NCBI RefSeq assembly: GCF_024521635.1
Contig: NW_026250427.1
Span: 434,001-498,000, forward strand
DNA from: Tricharina praecox
Taxonomy: Eukaryota
Length of the DNA stretch: 64,000 nucleotides
Direction: 5' to 3'
Each line of letters opens with the position of its first letter. Position 1 is the first letter of the stretch. Of this stretch, positions 1-12,775 are shown in pieces. The notes under the pieces were generated by a model. The model ran no database searches, had not been told where the DNA came from, and worked only from the letters and a program-made list of their open reading frames with translations. A program made the translations under genes and the position numbers.

Positions 1-457
1 TTCTTCTTTCTTTATTCGGTACCAAGAAAAATTACACTTTGTAGACAGGAGTTGAATGGGTCTCGCGTGGCTCTTCGTCCTACATTTCATACTAGTCGGC
101 GGAGTTGGGGTTTCCGCCACTGATTCCAGAGTCCAATGGCGGGTCGTCTTACTAGGTATGATAGTACGATCTCGAGTGATAGCTTGCGTGCGATGATTCC
201 TCAAGCGGTCATTCAACCTGCGGACCCCCCGCGGGTGTTGGAAGGACTCGTGGTAGTGATCACTAGAACAATTGAGATAGAGAGAAGTTAAGTGGTATGT
301 TCGGGTCTAGGAGCTACCGGTACAAGAGAGAGAGAGAGAGAAATAATCCCGAACTTGGACGCGCTACCGCACCGAATGTTCCAAACACCCACCGCCGGTC
401 CTCCGAACGGCTAGTGGACTACTCCAGGAACACACTCGTTCCTACACAATGGAGATC

Positions 458-1975
458 TGAGGCCTTCTACTGCTATTCAGATTTGTAGGCGGAGGTTCTC
501 CCGCGAGCAAGCGCTTCAGCTTGGAGTTTCCCCATCACCCGCTGCGACACTGTTGTTGCAGAACGATGGGAGAGCTGTCGGCGAGAGGAGGGAGCGAGAG
601 GAGGACTTGTCGGCGGGAGGAAACGAATGCGGTTAGCAATGGGTCAAGCGAGGTCGTCTGCTTCTTCTTCTTCTTCTTCTTCTTCTTCTTCTTCTTCTTC
701 TCTTCTCTTATCATCTACATCCCCTCTCTCCTTGTGTGTTTTTCTTCTCACGACTTGCTTCCCAGCCTGGAGAGGCATTGGCGAAAGAGCCCTCGCAAAA
801 CGATCAGCACCATTCCTTCTTCGCTGTTCTCCATCTTCATGGGTAACTAGACCTGATGCCTCTCTTCTGCCCGCCCCACATGTCGACGGGACCGCTGGAT
901 TCCTTTCCATTCCCTCTACGCTGCTTCCCTTCCAGAAATATTTCTGATCGGACATGAACTTCAATGGTAACACCAGGGCTGTCAACCGTCCGGAGGATGA
1001 AATGCTCGGATACCCGTCAGGTACCTATACATAGGTACCTGATAGCACTAGCGTGCTATGCTGACTACTAGTTTGCGGAGTAGTACATAGCGCGGTGGCT
1101 ACCAACAAAATTCTCAGCTTTCAGCAGAATTTTCAGCGTCGTCAAACAATCGAGCTCAGGGGATAGACCCTGCTGGAAGTAGGAACGGGGATGGTGTGAA
1201 AGTTCTATACCGTGAGAGACACTGCGAAATGGAGCCGCACAGCCACACAGCCACACATCCGCACACCTGCGCCACCGGGTGGCGTCACGCCGCTTGCATT
1301 GTCCTAGTGTCCTAGTCAATTCCGGGCCCTGCAGGGTATCCGTCCTCATTTCTCAAGCCCGGAAGACTGTAGTCCTTGGTCTCCTCAGCCCGATTAATTC
1401 TGTTCCGGGTCGGGCAACCTCAAAGACGGACGGGACGGACGGTTGGCAGCCCTGGGTAACACTTAGGACCTATAGAGTCTAAAGTCTGGAGTTCTAAGGT
1501 CTGCTACTGTTATTCAGCTTTATGGGCGGAGGTTCTCCTGCGAGCGAGCGATTCAGCAGCCAGCTTGGAGTTTCCCCGTCATCCGCTGCGACACTGCCAA
1601 CACCCATTCCTTCTTCGCTTTTCCCCTACACAAATTATGTTCCAAGAACAGTCTCCCAAAAGTATACCACTCGAATAATAACTCCAATTCTCTCTACATA
1701 GCTTCCCCTCCAGAAATATTCCTAAGTGGACATGAACTTCAACAGCAACACCCAGGACTCATGGGGTTCTAAGGCCTTCTGCTGCTCGGTATTCAGTTTT
1801 GTGAGCAGAGGTTCTCCCGCGAGCGAGCGAGCTATGCAGCTTGGAGTTTCCCCGTCACCCGCTACGACACTACCAGCTAGCAGCACCCATTCCTTCTTCA
1901 CTATTCGCCCTGCACAAGTTATATTCCAAGAAAAGTCTCCCAAACGCGGATACGAACTCGAATAGCAACTCTCTT
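458..1975. repeat. Three degenerate copies of a ~210-280 bp repeat unit (A ~458-980 interrupted, B ~1487-1762, C ~1763-1975)
   Basis: Shared blocks GGTTCTCC(C/T)GCGAGC, CAGCTTGGAGTTTCCCC and CCATTCCTTCTTC occur in all three copies; CCAGAAATATT...GGACATGAACTTCAA is in A and B. Boundaries are approximate. Confidence 0.75.
661..700. repeat. (CTT)13 microsatellite
   Basis: Read directly; lies inside the insertion that splits repeat copy A. Confidence 0.95.
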
Positions 1976-2679
1976 CGAACTTGGACCCTCACCGTAGAGA
2001 TACCAAGTCTATCTTTCCTTGCGATATCGCTCGACCGGTATGCGCGGCGAGCATTAAACCCGTGGATGATTTGGAGGCTCCGTTCACCGTTCACCCCTCC
2101 ACTCCACTCGTTGCTAAGAGTGCCCATTGATGCTGACTCGCCATTCAGCTCGTGCCTTCCGAGTCGAGGGTCTCGATGCTCCTCGCTCGCTAGCCGCCAA
2201 CTCTGTTTCCTTGTGTCAGTAGGCATAGTCTCCAACTTTCCGACGCGAGATATGCTGGGCGGCCCCCCACGACCATCCTCAGGATTTCCTCGATGAGGTT
2301 ATCCACACACTATCACTCGATCCAGTCAACCGCGATTTTGGAAATAGTGATGGCGACACAGTGAACCGTACTGTCCTGCATGCTGAAAGCCAGACGAGGC
2401 TGACACCTACGGAGATACGAAGACACTGCAGTTCCGGATAAAAAGTTCAAGGAACAAGATGGAAGAAAGAGTGTGACTAAGGCACGACGAGTGATATACA
2501 GCGGCACACGAGTCGCTTGAGCTGCCGCCGTTACATAAGACGCGCATGCAAACGTGCGCGGCGACTCTAGATTCCCACATACGCCATCCACGCGCGCACA
2601 CTGCACAGCCCTAGGCATGATTGGTTACCCGGTGGATGTGCAGTCGTGTCCACCCAGGGCCCAGGGCCTAGGGGGTGGC

Positions 2680-3890
2680 CTGGTTAGTTACCGGCCGGAG
2701 AAGCCCGAAGATTCGACAGCAAGCGGCCATTCAAGCATTCCCGGACTCCGGACCAGCGAAAGCACCTATATAGGCGCAATACAGCCCGGTAACTACTAAG
2801 CACCCCCCACTCCAAGTCGATTTAAAGGGAAGGGCGGGAGGATGATCGGTGTTCAGCCAGGTAACCCTGCGAGCACCTCTGAGAACTGCTTCCTGGGGAG
2901 ACTTCGAGAGCAGCTCTCTCTCTCTCTGGGCAAGATTGGGGAAGGGTCATACTACGCACGGGGAAGCTATGGTGGACATTGGAGCATAGCCAAGCTGTTC
3001 GAACTTTTGCAGATGAGAAGTGCGCGAAGGGAGCCATCTCCATACGAATACCATAGATAGGCACATGTGGGCAGGAAGGCCGGCCCGGCAGACAAGGTGT
3101 CGAAGATGAGGGAACGGAACGGAGCGGAGCAAGAGTGTCCGGCGAGCGGATGTGCCTGGCCTGTGGGATGTGCATCTACATAGAGTTCATGGCTAGACAT
3201 CGTTATTAGTCAATCTGTCTTGATGGGTTTCCGGCCGGCCAGATCGCCCGGCAAGGTTTGAGGACCTCTACCTAGTAGAGCACATGGGAGGAGGATGGCC
3301 GGGTAGTAGTGTGCACTTGGTTTCTTCTCTCACTTAGTTCCTTCCTTCGTTCCTTCGGTAAGCAGCGGCGCCGCGAGTCCGTGCCGGACTGTTCGGCAGT
3401 TACCGCAGTGGGAGGTCCACCTCGACTCGACACTGGTCTAGAATCTAGATGGGCTACATACATGCGAATTGAATCGACGACCCCCCGGGCCTCGGCGGCC
3501 GACTCCAAGGAATTAGGGAAAAGGTTATTCCTAGTCGGTTTCAATCCGTAGGTATGAGTCTATCATAGGTACGGCCCAAACTGTCAACGCGGGAACTTGA
3601 CGGTCTTCGAACTCTATCCTGGGCTGAGGATTCGATCAAGGTGGGGGAATGCTCTCGTTGCTGATTTCGAATACACACAGCACGGAATCTCGCCATGAAG
3701 GTATTAACTTCGGGATGGAAGTTGGACCGAGTACATACAGTCATACACCACTGCTCGCGAACATGACCAAACGAAAGTTCGGGGACCGGGACAACTATGA
3801 AATCCAGATTCAAGCCTTTTTCTTGGCCATCGTATCCCGCCTGCAGAAGCAGCTTATGATCGATCTTGATTCAGCATGTCATTCCGAGGG
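2680..3890 (+). mobile_element. Probable highly degenerate Ty3/gypsy LTR retrotransposon pol relic (RNase H end to integrase)
   Basis: Motif remnants in gypsy order across broken frames: YRPEK (2689), YGGHWSIAKLFELL (2968), GRLQG...IPSRFQSVGM (3497), DRD...LQKQLMIDLDSACHS (3784-3885). No intact ORF or LTR seen. Confidence 0.4.
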
Positions 3891-4206
3891 CACCTTCCCC
3901 TGAGGCGGCCGGTCCTTCGCGACGGCAACAAAATATTACCGGTACGCCGGTACGGCCCCTCGCTCTTTTCGCCCCCCGCATCCCGGCCGCCGAAGTGACG
4001 ACCGGCGGGTACGCCCATAAACATTACCCGGAGTATACGCAGTCCACCATATCTACCGAGCCGGAAGAATGAGAAGAAAAAAAGGAGCTCCGATCGTGAA
4101 CTAACTTTTCCATCGAGAGTATACTATTCTGTGCTCACTGCCGAGAAGCATACCTTTAGTTCACTACACGACTTTTCTATTCGCCCAGCATAACTATCAT
4201 ACGACG

Positions 4207-6770
4207 ATGGAGCATGATCAGGACTGCAAAGAGCACGAGCTACCGCCCGGATCCGAGAGTGATGTGACGACGGCACCCCGGGGGCATCTGAAGAAGCCCA
4301 TGTTTTTGGAGTTTCGCAGCGGGAAGGGGTTCATCATCGCGGTGGTTGCGGTGGCGGTTTTTACGGTGGGGTTCTTTTCATTTTTTGCGGCTGACCGGAC
4401 CGTGGGGGCGGCACACGGTGGTTTGTTTTTTGTTGCCGGACTGGACTGACCGACGAGTGGTGTACTTGACAGGACGTCTTTCTTTACGGCCTGGTGAGTT
4501 CGAGATTTTTATATCATATCCACACAATAATACTGATGCTCCGCGGCGTGCTACCTATATTCCGTGGACTATGCCGGTCTCGCCTATGCGGCGCTCGCCG
4601 TCGCGGATTATCCATGCGTATCTAAGTGACTAGCCGCTTGCTTACATAACCTACTAGATCGTACCGGTGTTCCCCTTCTCCCTCGAGGACCGGGTGGGTG
4701 TTTCATCAGACAGTACGCACTTCCCACTGCCCCGACCGTACCCAGGAGCTACCGCTTATATTATCTCGTGCTCTCCAAACAGGTGTTCAGAAATGGTACG
4801 CATGTGGACGGTCTCCGTCGCTCCTGCCTTCGAGATGGATATTGACCATCCGTGGCATGTAGGGTCTCCGTACTGCTCGCCGTTTATGGTGTAGGGTTAC
4901 TAGTCGGATCTCCGGTCTGCGGGTACATAGCAGGCACGTAGTTGGACGCTCTCATCCGTCCGTCGTCCGCAGGACTGTACATACTGACCGAAGACGTCCA
5001 GATCGCACCACCAGCCGCCGTGCACCGTTCATGGCCGGTCTAGTAACGCTCGCCGGCTCCACGGTGATGCTGTGCATCGGCTCCAACATCACGGTCCTGG
5101 TGATCGGCCGGTTGCTGCAGGGGATATCCGCGGCGGTGGTGTGGACCGTTGGTCTGGCGCTGCTCGTAGACACCGTGGGGCAGGATGAGGTCGGCGAGAG
5201 CATGGGGGTCGTGGCTGTGGCCATGAGCTTGGGCATCTTTGTGGCGCCGCTACTGGGCGGTGTCGTGTACGAGAAGTAGGTTGCCGTGACGGGTGGGCTT
5301 GTATCGGCGACGCTGTGCTGACACGTGTGGACAGGGGCGGTTACTATGCTGGTAGGGTGTTCGATATGGCGGTTGGTCGTACTGCAGGCGGGTACTTACA
5401 CAAATGTAGTTTTCGCCATGGCGTTCGGCTTGATCGGCGTCGACATAGTGCTACGGCTCATCGTCATCGAGAAGAAGACTGCGCAGAAGTACATGGACCC
5501 GGAAGAAGAAGCAGCAGGCGACCCAGCGGTTCCTGCAGATCTGGAGAGAAGCGACCAAGGAACGGTATTACCGGATTCGGTAGAGGAAAGAGAACGTGGG
5601 GATCAGCCAGACTCTAGCCCTGAAGAGCTATCCAAAATAAGACTATTCCTAAGGAGAATGCCCCCAGTAATAACATTGCTGGGACACCCTCGACTTCTTG
5701 TTGCACTCTGGGCGACGTTGATGCAAGCAGTGCTGACGACATCGTTCGAAACAACCGTGAGTTATTCCACGCTTGCGCATCTGGAGATCATGGCTTGACA
5801 TTCCACTTAGGTTCCACTGCATGTGCACGACACCTTCGGTTTCGGGCCGACCGGCGCAGGGTACAGTTTCCCCCCCAAAAGCTGAGTCCCGAGCGTGAGC
5901 TGACCTACATGGAAACACAGCTTGATGTTTATTGCACTGATAGTACCGTCGTTCTTCGCCCCACTGATCGGTATGCTGTCCCCCCTTCGCGAGTCGCCAG
6001 ATCAATGCTGAAAATCCCGCAGGAAAGATGTGCGACCGCTACGGACCCCGCCTATTCGCCACGGGCGGGTTCATCCTGCTAACTCCCTTCCTGATCCTGC
6101 TGCGTCTACCTGACAAGAACGAGGTGGGCCAGATCGTCCTTTTCTGTGCGCTGCTGGCCCTGGCCGGAGCGGCATTGGCGCTCGTCATGGCACCGGTCAT
6201 GGCCGAGATAACGCTGGTGGTACGGGACCTCGAGAGCAAAAGGCCGGGTAGATTCGGGCCGAACGGCGCTTATGGGCAGGCGGTATGTGTCCTCCTACGT
6301 TAAGTGCGGTTATGGAACCGACAATTAACGGTCTCTTTCCCGGTGTTAGTACAGTCTCTTCAACGTTGCATTCGCAGGCGGGTCCGTTGTGGGTCCATTG
6401 CTAGGTATACCTGCCCTGCCCTGTCTTACGTTACGACTATCCTGTAAACTCCCTGCTGACATCGGTAACACAGCCGGCTTGCTGAACGACGCTGTGGGCT
6501 GGAAGACTGTGACTTTGGTCTTGGGTAACCTTGCCCCTCCCTCCATCCCTCCCTCCCTGCTCGCCTTCTAACACTTGGTTACGCAGGCCTCTTATCCTTG
6601 TTCGCCGCTTTCCCCACGGTACGTTATTCCAAACCACCTTCCTTCCCTCTGTAAGGCTGTAAGGCGAGAACGGCAAGCTAACAGCGAAGCAGTTCATCTA
6701 CACTGGCGGCCTGATGACGAAGGAGAATCTAAAACGCTTGAAGATTTCGCGTTCGACCCGGGCGGTGTAG
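4207..6770 (+). CDS. MFS transporter, vesicular amine transporter (SLC18/DHA1-like) type, ~510 aa, 15 exons
   Basis: Exons 4207-4365, 4473-4493, 4658-4712, 4783-4795, 4863-4933, 5002-5275, 5335-5351, 5410-5756, 5811-5860, 5921-5970, 6023-6282, 6350-6404, 6474-6524, 6587-6618, 6693-6770 (1533 nt). Motifs FTDVFLYGLIVPVFP, GYIADRTTSRR, GRLLQGISAAVVW, GKMCDRYGPR, YGQAYSLFN. Confidence 0.9.
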
Positions 6771-9491
6771 AATCTAGAGCGGTAGGACAGGATTAGGTAT
6801 ATATTGGCAGGTGAGGGAACCTGTGTAGGTATGTGGATATGGAAATGCGGATAGAGGTAATGTAATGTATAGTCATGGTAATCTGAGGTTTGGAAATCGG
6901 TGAGGGATACCGAAGACGGGCAGAATATATATAGATAGAGCTTTTGGAATTAGTGAGGGGTAGTGAGGACGGGCAAAATATATATAGAGCTTTTGGCGTT
7001 AAAACTTGGGAACTCCAGGAAGCCGGAGAATTCTACCGACGGGCTGCAATTGTTTCTGTTGCATACTCGGAGGTGAACGAGTGGGAACACATGTACTGGC
7101 TTCAACGTGACCGACCAATCAATCGGCATTTCACGCGAGCGAGCGTGTGGCGGGATGGATGTATCCAGCCGGCCTGTAGGCTGTTAATAGTTATACCAGC
7201 ACCACAACTCTCGAACCAAAATCTAGATCTGAGAACCCGCCCTCTAACTACATCGTTAGTTACCATTGCGGATATATTGAATATATCCGCAATATAAATA
7301 CCTAGAAAGTAAGGCTCGCCACCCAGCCTCGGGCGGCGATCCGGAGCCCGCTCGCCATCGCTATCGTACATGCAGGACGTTGTGTAGTAGAGTGGAGATG
7401 TATAGGTATACGTACATAGTGACGTAGGGACCTCGGCAGTGACTTGGAGACACTGCACGCAGGAGATAGGCCCGGTTTCTTTCCGTGGCCTGTGGCCCGC
7501 GGTTGGATATCGTGAGCCACGAAGTTCGAAGTTTAGCTCCCAGCTTCCCAAGGTCTAGAGGGTGGGAGCTTCAGCTGTTGAGTGTGGAGCGTTGGGGAAA
7601 TGATACCTGTGCCACCGAGGGCTGATGTGCGGAGGTATTGTGTGCACTGTGGAGTGCTGCGGAAGCATGTGCGGCTACCGTTATATGCTGTAGTCGTTTT
7701 GTGGGGTGGAACTTCAAGTTCTCAAGGTTCTGACGCCTTTTACCGCCGTTCTACGTATGCACGATTCACGATACTCTTCTAGCAGCACCGCAGTGCTCCC
7801 CGTTACATACGGTGACTATGCCTGCAATATCTACGTGGTTTTGGGCTTTACCAAGAATGAAAATAAGTGCGCTACTACATATAAGTAGTACGTATATGGT
7901 ACTGCACGGTGCGGCAACAATGATGTGACTGCAGGGTATGGCTTGTATATACGGCTGATATGCAAGTCTGCAACTACTCTACCGGGTGAGGGTAAGGCAT
8001 GCACCACCACCAAATTCTAAGCGCAGCAGAGTAAATAGAGCGAGAGAACCTTAATGCATTGTTGGCCTTACTATGTAGACTACTGCGACCGCAGCAGAGA
8101 ATATAAACAAAGATGACACTACCTGGCCCATGAATTTTACGTCGAGTGATCATCAGTGGTTGTCTTGTGCGAACGGCAAAGTTGTGCACCACGGTATCCC
8201 CAGTTCACCGGCACACCCGCTTCCAACCATCCAGCAGGAATTGAAGCTACTCAACTGGAATAAAGGGGTGTGAATCGAGTTTATAGAGTACCTAGGACGA
8301 CAAAAACAGATTGTCCAGGGTCCATACGTTCTAGATGGCAGCTATAAGCGCCCAATCCGCCCAATCCACCCAATGTACCAGGCAGAATTACTGGTCCTAG
8401 GTGACTTAGACAGGGACAGAGTTTATCTTTCACTATACAAACGAAAAACAGGCCGGCCGGCTTTCCCACCCCGCTCCCCCTCACCTCCCCCTCACATCGA
8501 AGACCCATACCTACCGTACATACTCCGTTCCGAAGCCCTACATACAACCCGGTCACGACGCCTAGCTACCTATCCCTGTGCAAAACTCCGACTGCCGACT
8601 GCCGAGCAATCGGCCGTAAATCAATAACGTCTAGGTAAGTTGGAATGCACTCGCCCTGGATTCGTGGGTCGACCATCCATGCTTGCGTCGGCTCTGCTCA
8701 CATCCGAAGTGATCAACAGATCAACATACCGCCGGGGAAGGGGTTGGGTTCGTTTTGAGCGAGTGCTTTCCCGCTTCATACCGCGCTTCCTGCTCAATCC
8801 TGTGCTTGTGGTTGGAGGAGCGCATCTGTTCGTATATGTACAGTGCACAGTGCACAGTGCCGTCTGCCTCCGAGGACACCAGACCACCACCGACTTCCGC
8901 TTGAAGCACGCACATAGCCTCTCAGTGCAGGTAGAAGTACATGATACTGGGTACTATAAATGCCGATCCAGCCCGCTTGTCGGGGATACAAGCACAAACA
9001 AACGCCTTTACCTCGGCCGGGTCCTTGCATCGCCGTACATACCGGTCCTGCAGAACACAATGAAGTGCAACGAAATTCGTGCGGCCATGCAACGCCAGCT
9101 GTACACATACAGCGGCAGGTCACTCAGCCCGACATGTGGCTAGGTACTGCCTCGGGCGTGCCGGGGCGTGTCGTGGTGTATTGACCTTGTCTATTGCCTT
9201 GTTTCCTTGTTTATATTCCATGGGGTCCGGTTGATCCTGCGACTGTGACTTGAACCACATACCGTAACATATGTGAGATGAACCGACATGTTGAATCGAG
9301 TATCCCCATTCTCGGTGGTAGGTGGTGCTCCTTGTCAAATAGAAGAGAATCTCCATGCTTATCATGTTCAATTACTACGCAATTTCTCGAGACTAGAGGT
9401 CCTCTATATCTATCGACAGAATCTCGAGTCCCTCACATAGTTCATGGTATATATAGCATACCGATGACGATGCGCGCCGAAACACTGTCTG

Positions 9492-9592
9492 CCAGCATTG
9501 CTGCGGTCGTCATCGACACATTCCGGACGCCCAACTCTTCCAGCATCGCTGCGGCGGTCATCGACCGCTTCCGGACGTCCAAACTCCAGCAC
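9492..9592. repeat. Two imperfect tandem copies of a ~48 bp unit
   Basis: CCAGCAT(T/C)GCTGCGG...TCATCGAC...TTCCGGACG...AACTC occurs twice, followed by a partial CCAGCA. Confidence 0.8.
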
Positions 9593-10069
9593 TCCTGAGG
9601 CGCAATTGGGCTCCCAAAGGAAGGTTGTAGAGGTTTCTATATCCAGCTGTCAGTACCCGTCCCGCTGGACAGCTCGCCATTTACATCCCGTTCCATATCC
9701 TCGGCCACAACACCATCATTACCAGACAGTACCTCCTTCCTCTGGAGTTGAGTCCAATCTTTACCGACCAGAATAAAAGGAGAATCTGATCGCTTGCCAC
9801 GATCTGAGGTGCTTGCATCCAGTACATAGCCAGTCGGAAAGGAAGGGAAGGAAGACTAAGTCTGCCATCATTATCAAGGTTTGCCATCCCACGGACCCAA
9901 CCGTTCCATTCAATCATACCACTCCGTCGAAAGACCAAGCTCGCTGGAGACTTGATAAGGTCTGACATTGAATTGATCCAGTCGAGGGCCAGCGGCCCAC
10001 CCGATCCGATCAACTGCCCAATCCCACCAGCACGTTCCCGTCAGGACCAATCGTACCTCGCAAGCAAAC

Positions 10070-11302
10070 ATGCTCACATCATCACCACCACGCAGGGCAT
10101 CACCCACTTCAACATCCCTCCGCATACCCCACCTCCTGCTACTGTTGGTGGTGCTTCTCCTGATCACTTCACCATCCGCCGCAGCCGACTGCGACTGCGG
10201 CTACCGCATAAAACAGACGGGGCAGCTATTCACCCACCAATCGGCGGTGACCTTCAACACCTCGGCGAACTCCTCAACCGCGCTGGGCAGCGAGTGGGAA
10301 GTTCAAGGGTGGCGAGTACCAGCCAACACGACACTGGGCACGATTCCGCGGCAGAACCGGGCCGCAAACGTGTGGGTCGCGGACAGCAAGCTGCACCTTC
10401 GCCAGCGGGCCTGGCGGGAGGGCGAGGACGTGAGTATCGCCGAGATACATACCGGCCGTGACGACATCCTGTACGGCAGCTTTAGGATCCGGAGTACGGT
10501 CGTGCAGCCGCAGGCGGCCACCGGCGGTGCGGTCGCGGGATTCTTCTTTTATCGTGTAGGCGCCAAGGGGATGCGGATGCGAGTTTGATGGTTGATTTCT
10601 GACGCACGCCCCAGGACGATGTTACTGAGACCGATATCGAGATCATCACCAAGGACGGGAATAGCTCCAAGACGGTGCATTACATAAATCATCCAAGCAT
10701 GTCCCACCTCTACCCCGCCGCCGCCAGCAGGGCAAGCAGCTAACCATGTGATGGTGATCCAGCGTACAACGTCGAGACGGACACCCTGATCCCCGGCACG
10801 TCGTTCACGGAGCCCCTCGACAAGCCATGGACGGAAATGCAATGGCACCGGTTCGACTGGGGACGGAATTCGACCTCGTTCTACCAAGACAACGTCTTTA
10901 AGCGTCAAATCAGCAAGAATGTTCCGGACGAGGTCTGTCCCCTTAACCCCACACTTACGTTGTTCCTTTTCTAACGGAGACAAGCCCGGGAAAATCATGA
11001 TCAACATCTGGGCCAACAACGGCTCGTGGTCCGGACCGCCGTCCAGCAGAGATGTCACCCTGCAGATCGAGCAAATACGCCTGTATTTCAACACTACCAC
11101 CAGCAACGCAGGCCAGGACGAGCAGTTCAATGCGCAGTGTGCGCAAGCGAAGAACGACGACAAAGCTGTGTGTGACGTCGAAGACGAAAATGAGCCCGCC
11201 GGTACGGGTGAGAATGGTAGTTCGAGCGGCAGATTATCCGCGGGGGGGTGGTGGATGGCATTAGTGGCCGTCGTAGTCGTCGTGTCAGCAGCATGGGTAT
11301 AA
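10070..11302 (+). CDS. GH16 glycoside hydrolase / transglycosylase, secreted and probably GPI-anchored, ~351 aa
   Basis: Exons 10070-10555, 10615-10696, 10763-10932, 10985-11302 (1056 nt). Signal peptide followed by DCDCGY; DILYGSFR; GAVAGFFFY; catalytic ETDIE; HRFDW; NIWANNGSWSG; hydrophobic C-terminal tail. Confidence 0.9.
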
Positions 11303-11550
11303 TCCGGCCGGCGTAATCCGGCCGGCAAAAGCCGGTGGCTTTTATGTAAACGAGTCGTACGACGAAATGCGGGGATCGAGCTTCATGGTGGGGGGAGAGG
11401 GAGGGGATTCAGGGGAGGCGGATCAAGCATCCCTCCAATTAGCGCAATTGCATCATCTTCAGAGCTCTCTGCTTAAAGCGGCAATTGCCCGCACTCTTTG
11501 CACTCCAGAGTCAATCCTCCAGACTTCCAGTGTCCACCACCGCCGCCGCA

Positions 11551-12775
11551 ATGCCACTTCCCGAGTCCCTCGCGTCCCTGAACCTCTCCCCCGCCACCCT
11601 CGCCGTAAACCCAGCCCTACCCCACCACACCGTGGCGCACCCCCACTGACGCGCCCCAGATCCACGCGGACGAGCACCTCTGCGACACCACGGACATCGC
11701 ACCCCCGCTGCACGTGTCCACGACATTCCGGTACCCCAACAGCCCCTCCGCACTGGTGCCCTTCGAGCAGCCGACAGCGGACTCCCCCCCACTCCCATTC
11801 GTCTACTCGCGGCTCTCCGCGCCGACCTCCACCCGCCTTGAAGCCACGCTCTCCGCGCTCCTCAATGGCCCCACGCTCGTATACCCCTCCGGGCTCTCGG
11901 CGTTCCACGCGCTCCTCGTGCACGTGAACCCCAAGCGCCTCCTGATGACCGGCGGCTACCACGGCTGCCACGACACCGCAGCGATCATCTCTCGTCTGAC
12001 CGGCATGGAAGTAGTACCACTATCCACGCCGCCGCGGGCGGGCGACCTCGTGCACGTCGAGACGCCTCTCAACCCCGACGGCACAGCGAGCGACATCTCT
12101 TACTACGCTTCACTCGCGCATAGCGCGGGCGCGCTCCTCTCCGTCGACGCAACGTTTGCGCCGCCGCCGCTGCAGGACCCGTTCCGCCACGGCGCTGACT
12201 TCGTCATGCACTCCGGCAGCAAGTATTTCGGCGGGCATTCGGATATGCTCGCGGGCACGCTGAGCGTCAGGACCGCTGAGGCCGCGTTGACGCTCGTGGG
12301 CGAGCGCATGTACCTTGGCGCGACCATGGGGAGCATGGAGGCGTGGCTGGGCGTTAGGAGTATCAAGACGCTGGAGCTGAGAGTGGTCAGGGCAGGCGCG
12401 AATGCGACGGCGCTGGTGAAGTGGATTGATAGCGAGATGCGGAAGGAGGGGAGTGTCATCGCGAACACAGTCAAGCTGGTCACCCATGCGAGTCTGCAGG
12501 ACGAACCGTGGTTGAAGGAGCAGATGCCGAATGGGTTTGGACCCGTGTTTAGCTTGGTGATGAAGTCGGAGGAGATGGCAAAGTCCCTGCCGAGTAAGCT
12601 GGTGCTGTGGGCTCACGCGACGAGCTTGGGTGGTGTCGAGAGTCTGATCGAGTGGAGGGCCATGTCGGACACGGGATGTGACAGGGCACTGCTGAGGTTG
12701 AGCGTGGGCATCGAGAATGTGGACGATCTGAAGGCCGACCTGCTGAGGGGCTTCGAGGCTGTTGCGGCATTGTAG
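11551..12775 (+). CDS. Cys/Met metabolism PLP-dependent enzyme (cystathionine gamma-synthase/lyase family, YHR112C-like), ~389 aa
   Basis: Exons 11551-11604 and 11660-12775. Motifs IHAD, IAPPLHVSTTF, YSR, ETPLNP, VDATFAPP, HSGSKYFGGHSD (PLP lysine), ATSLGGVESLIE, LRLSVGIE. Confidence 0.9.

Noticed and set aside
4494..4657. Riboswitch or stwintron in the longest MFS intron
   Set aside because: No TPP aptamer core and no nested donor/acceptor pair that reconstitutes a splice site.
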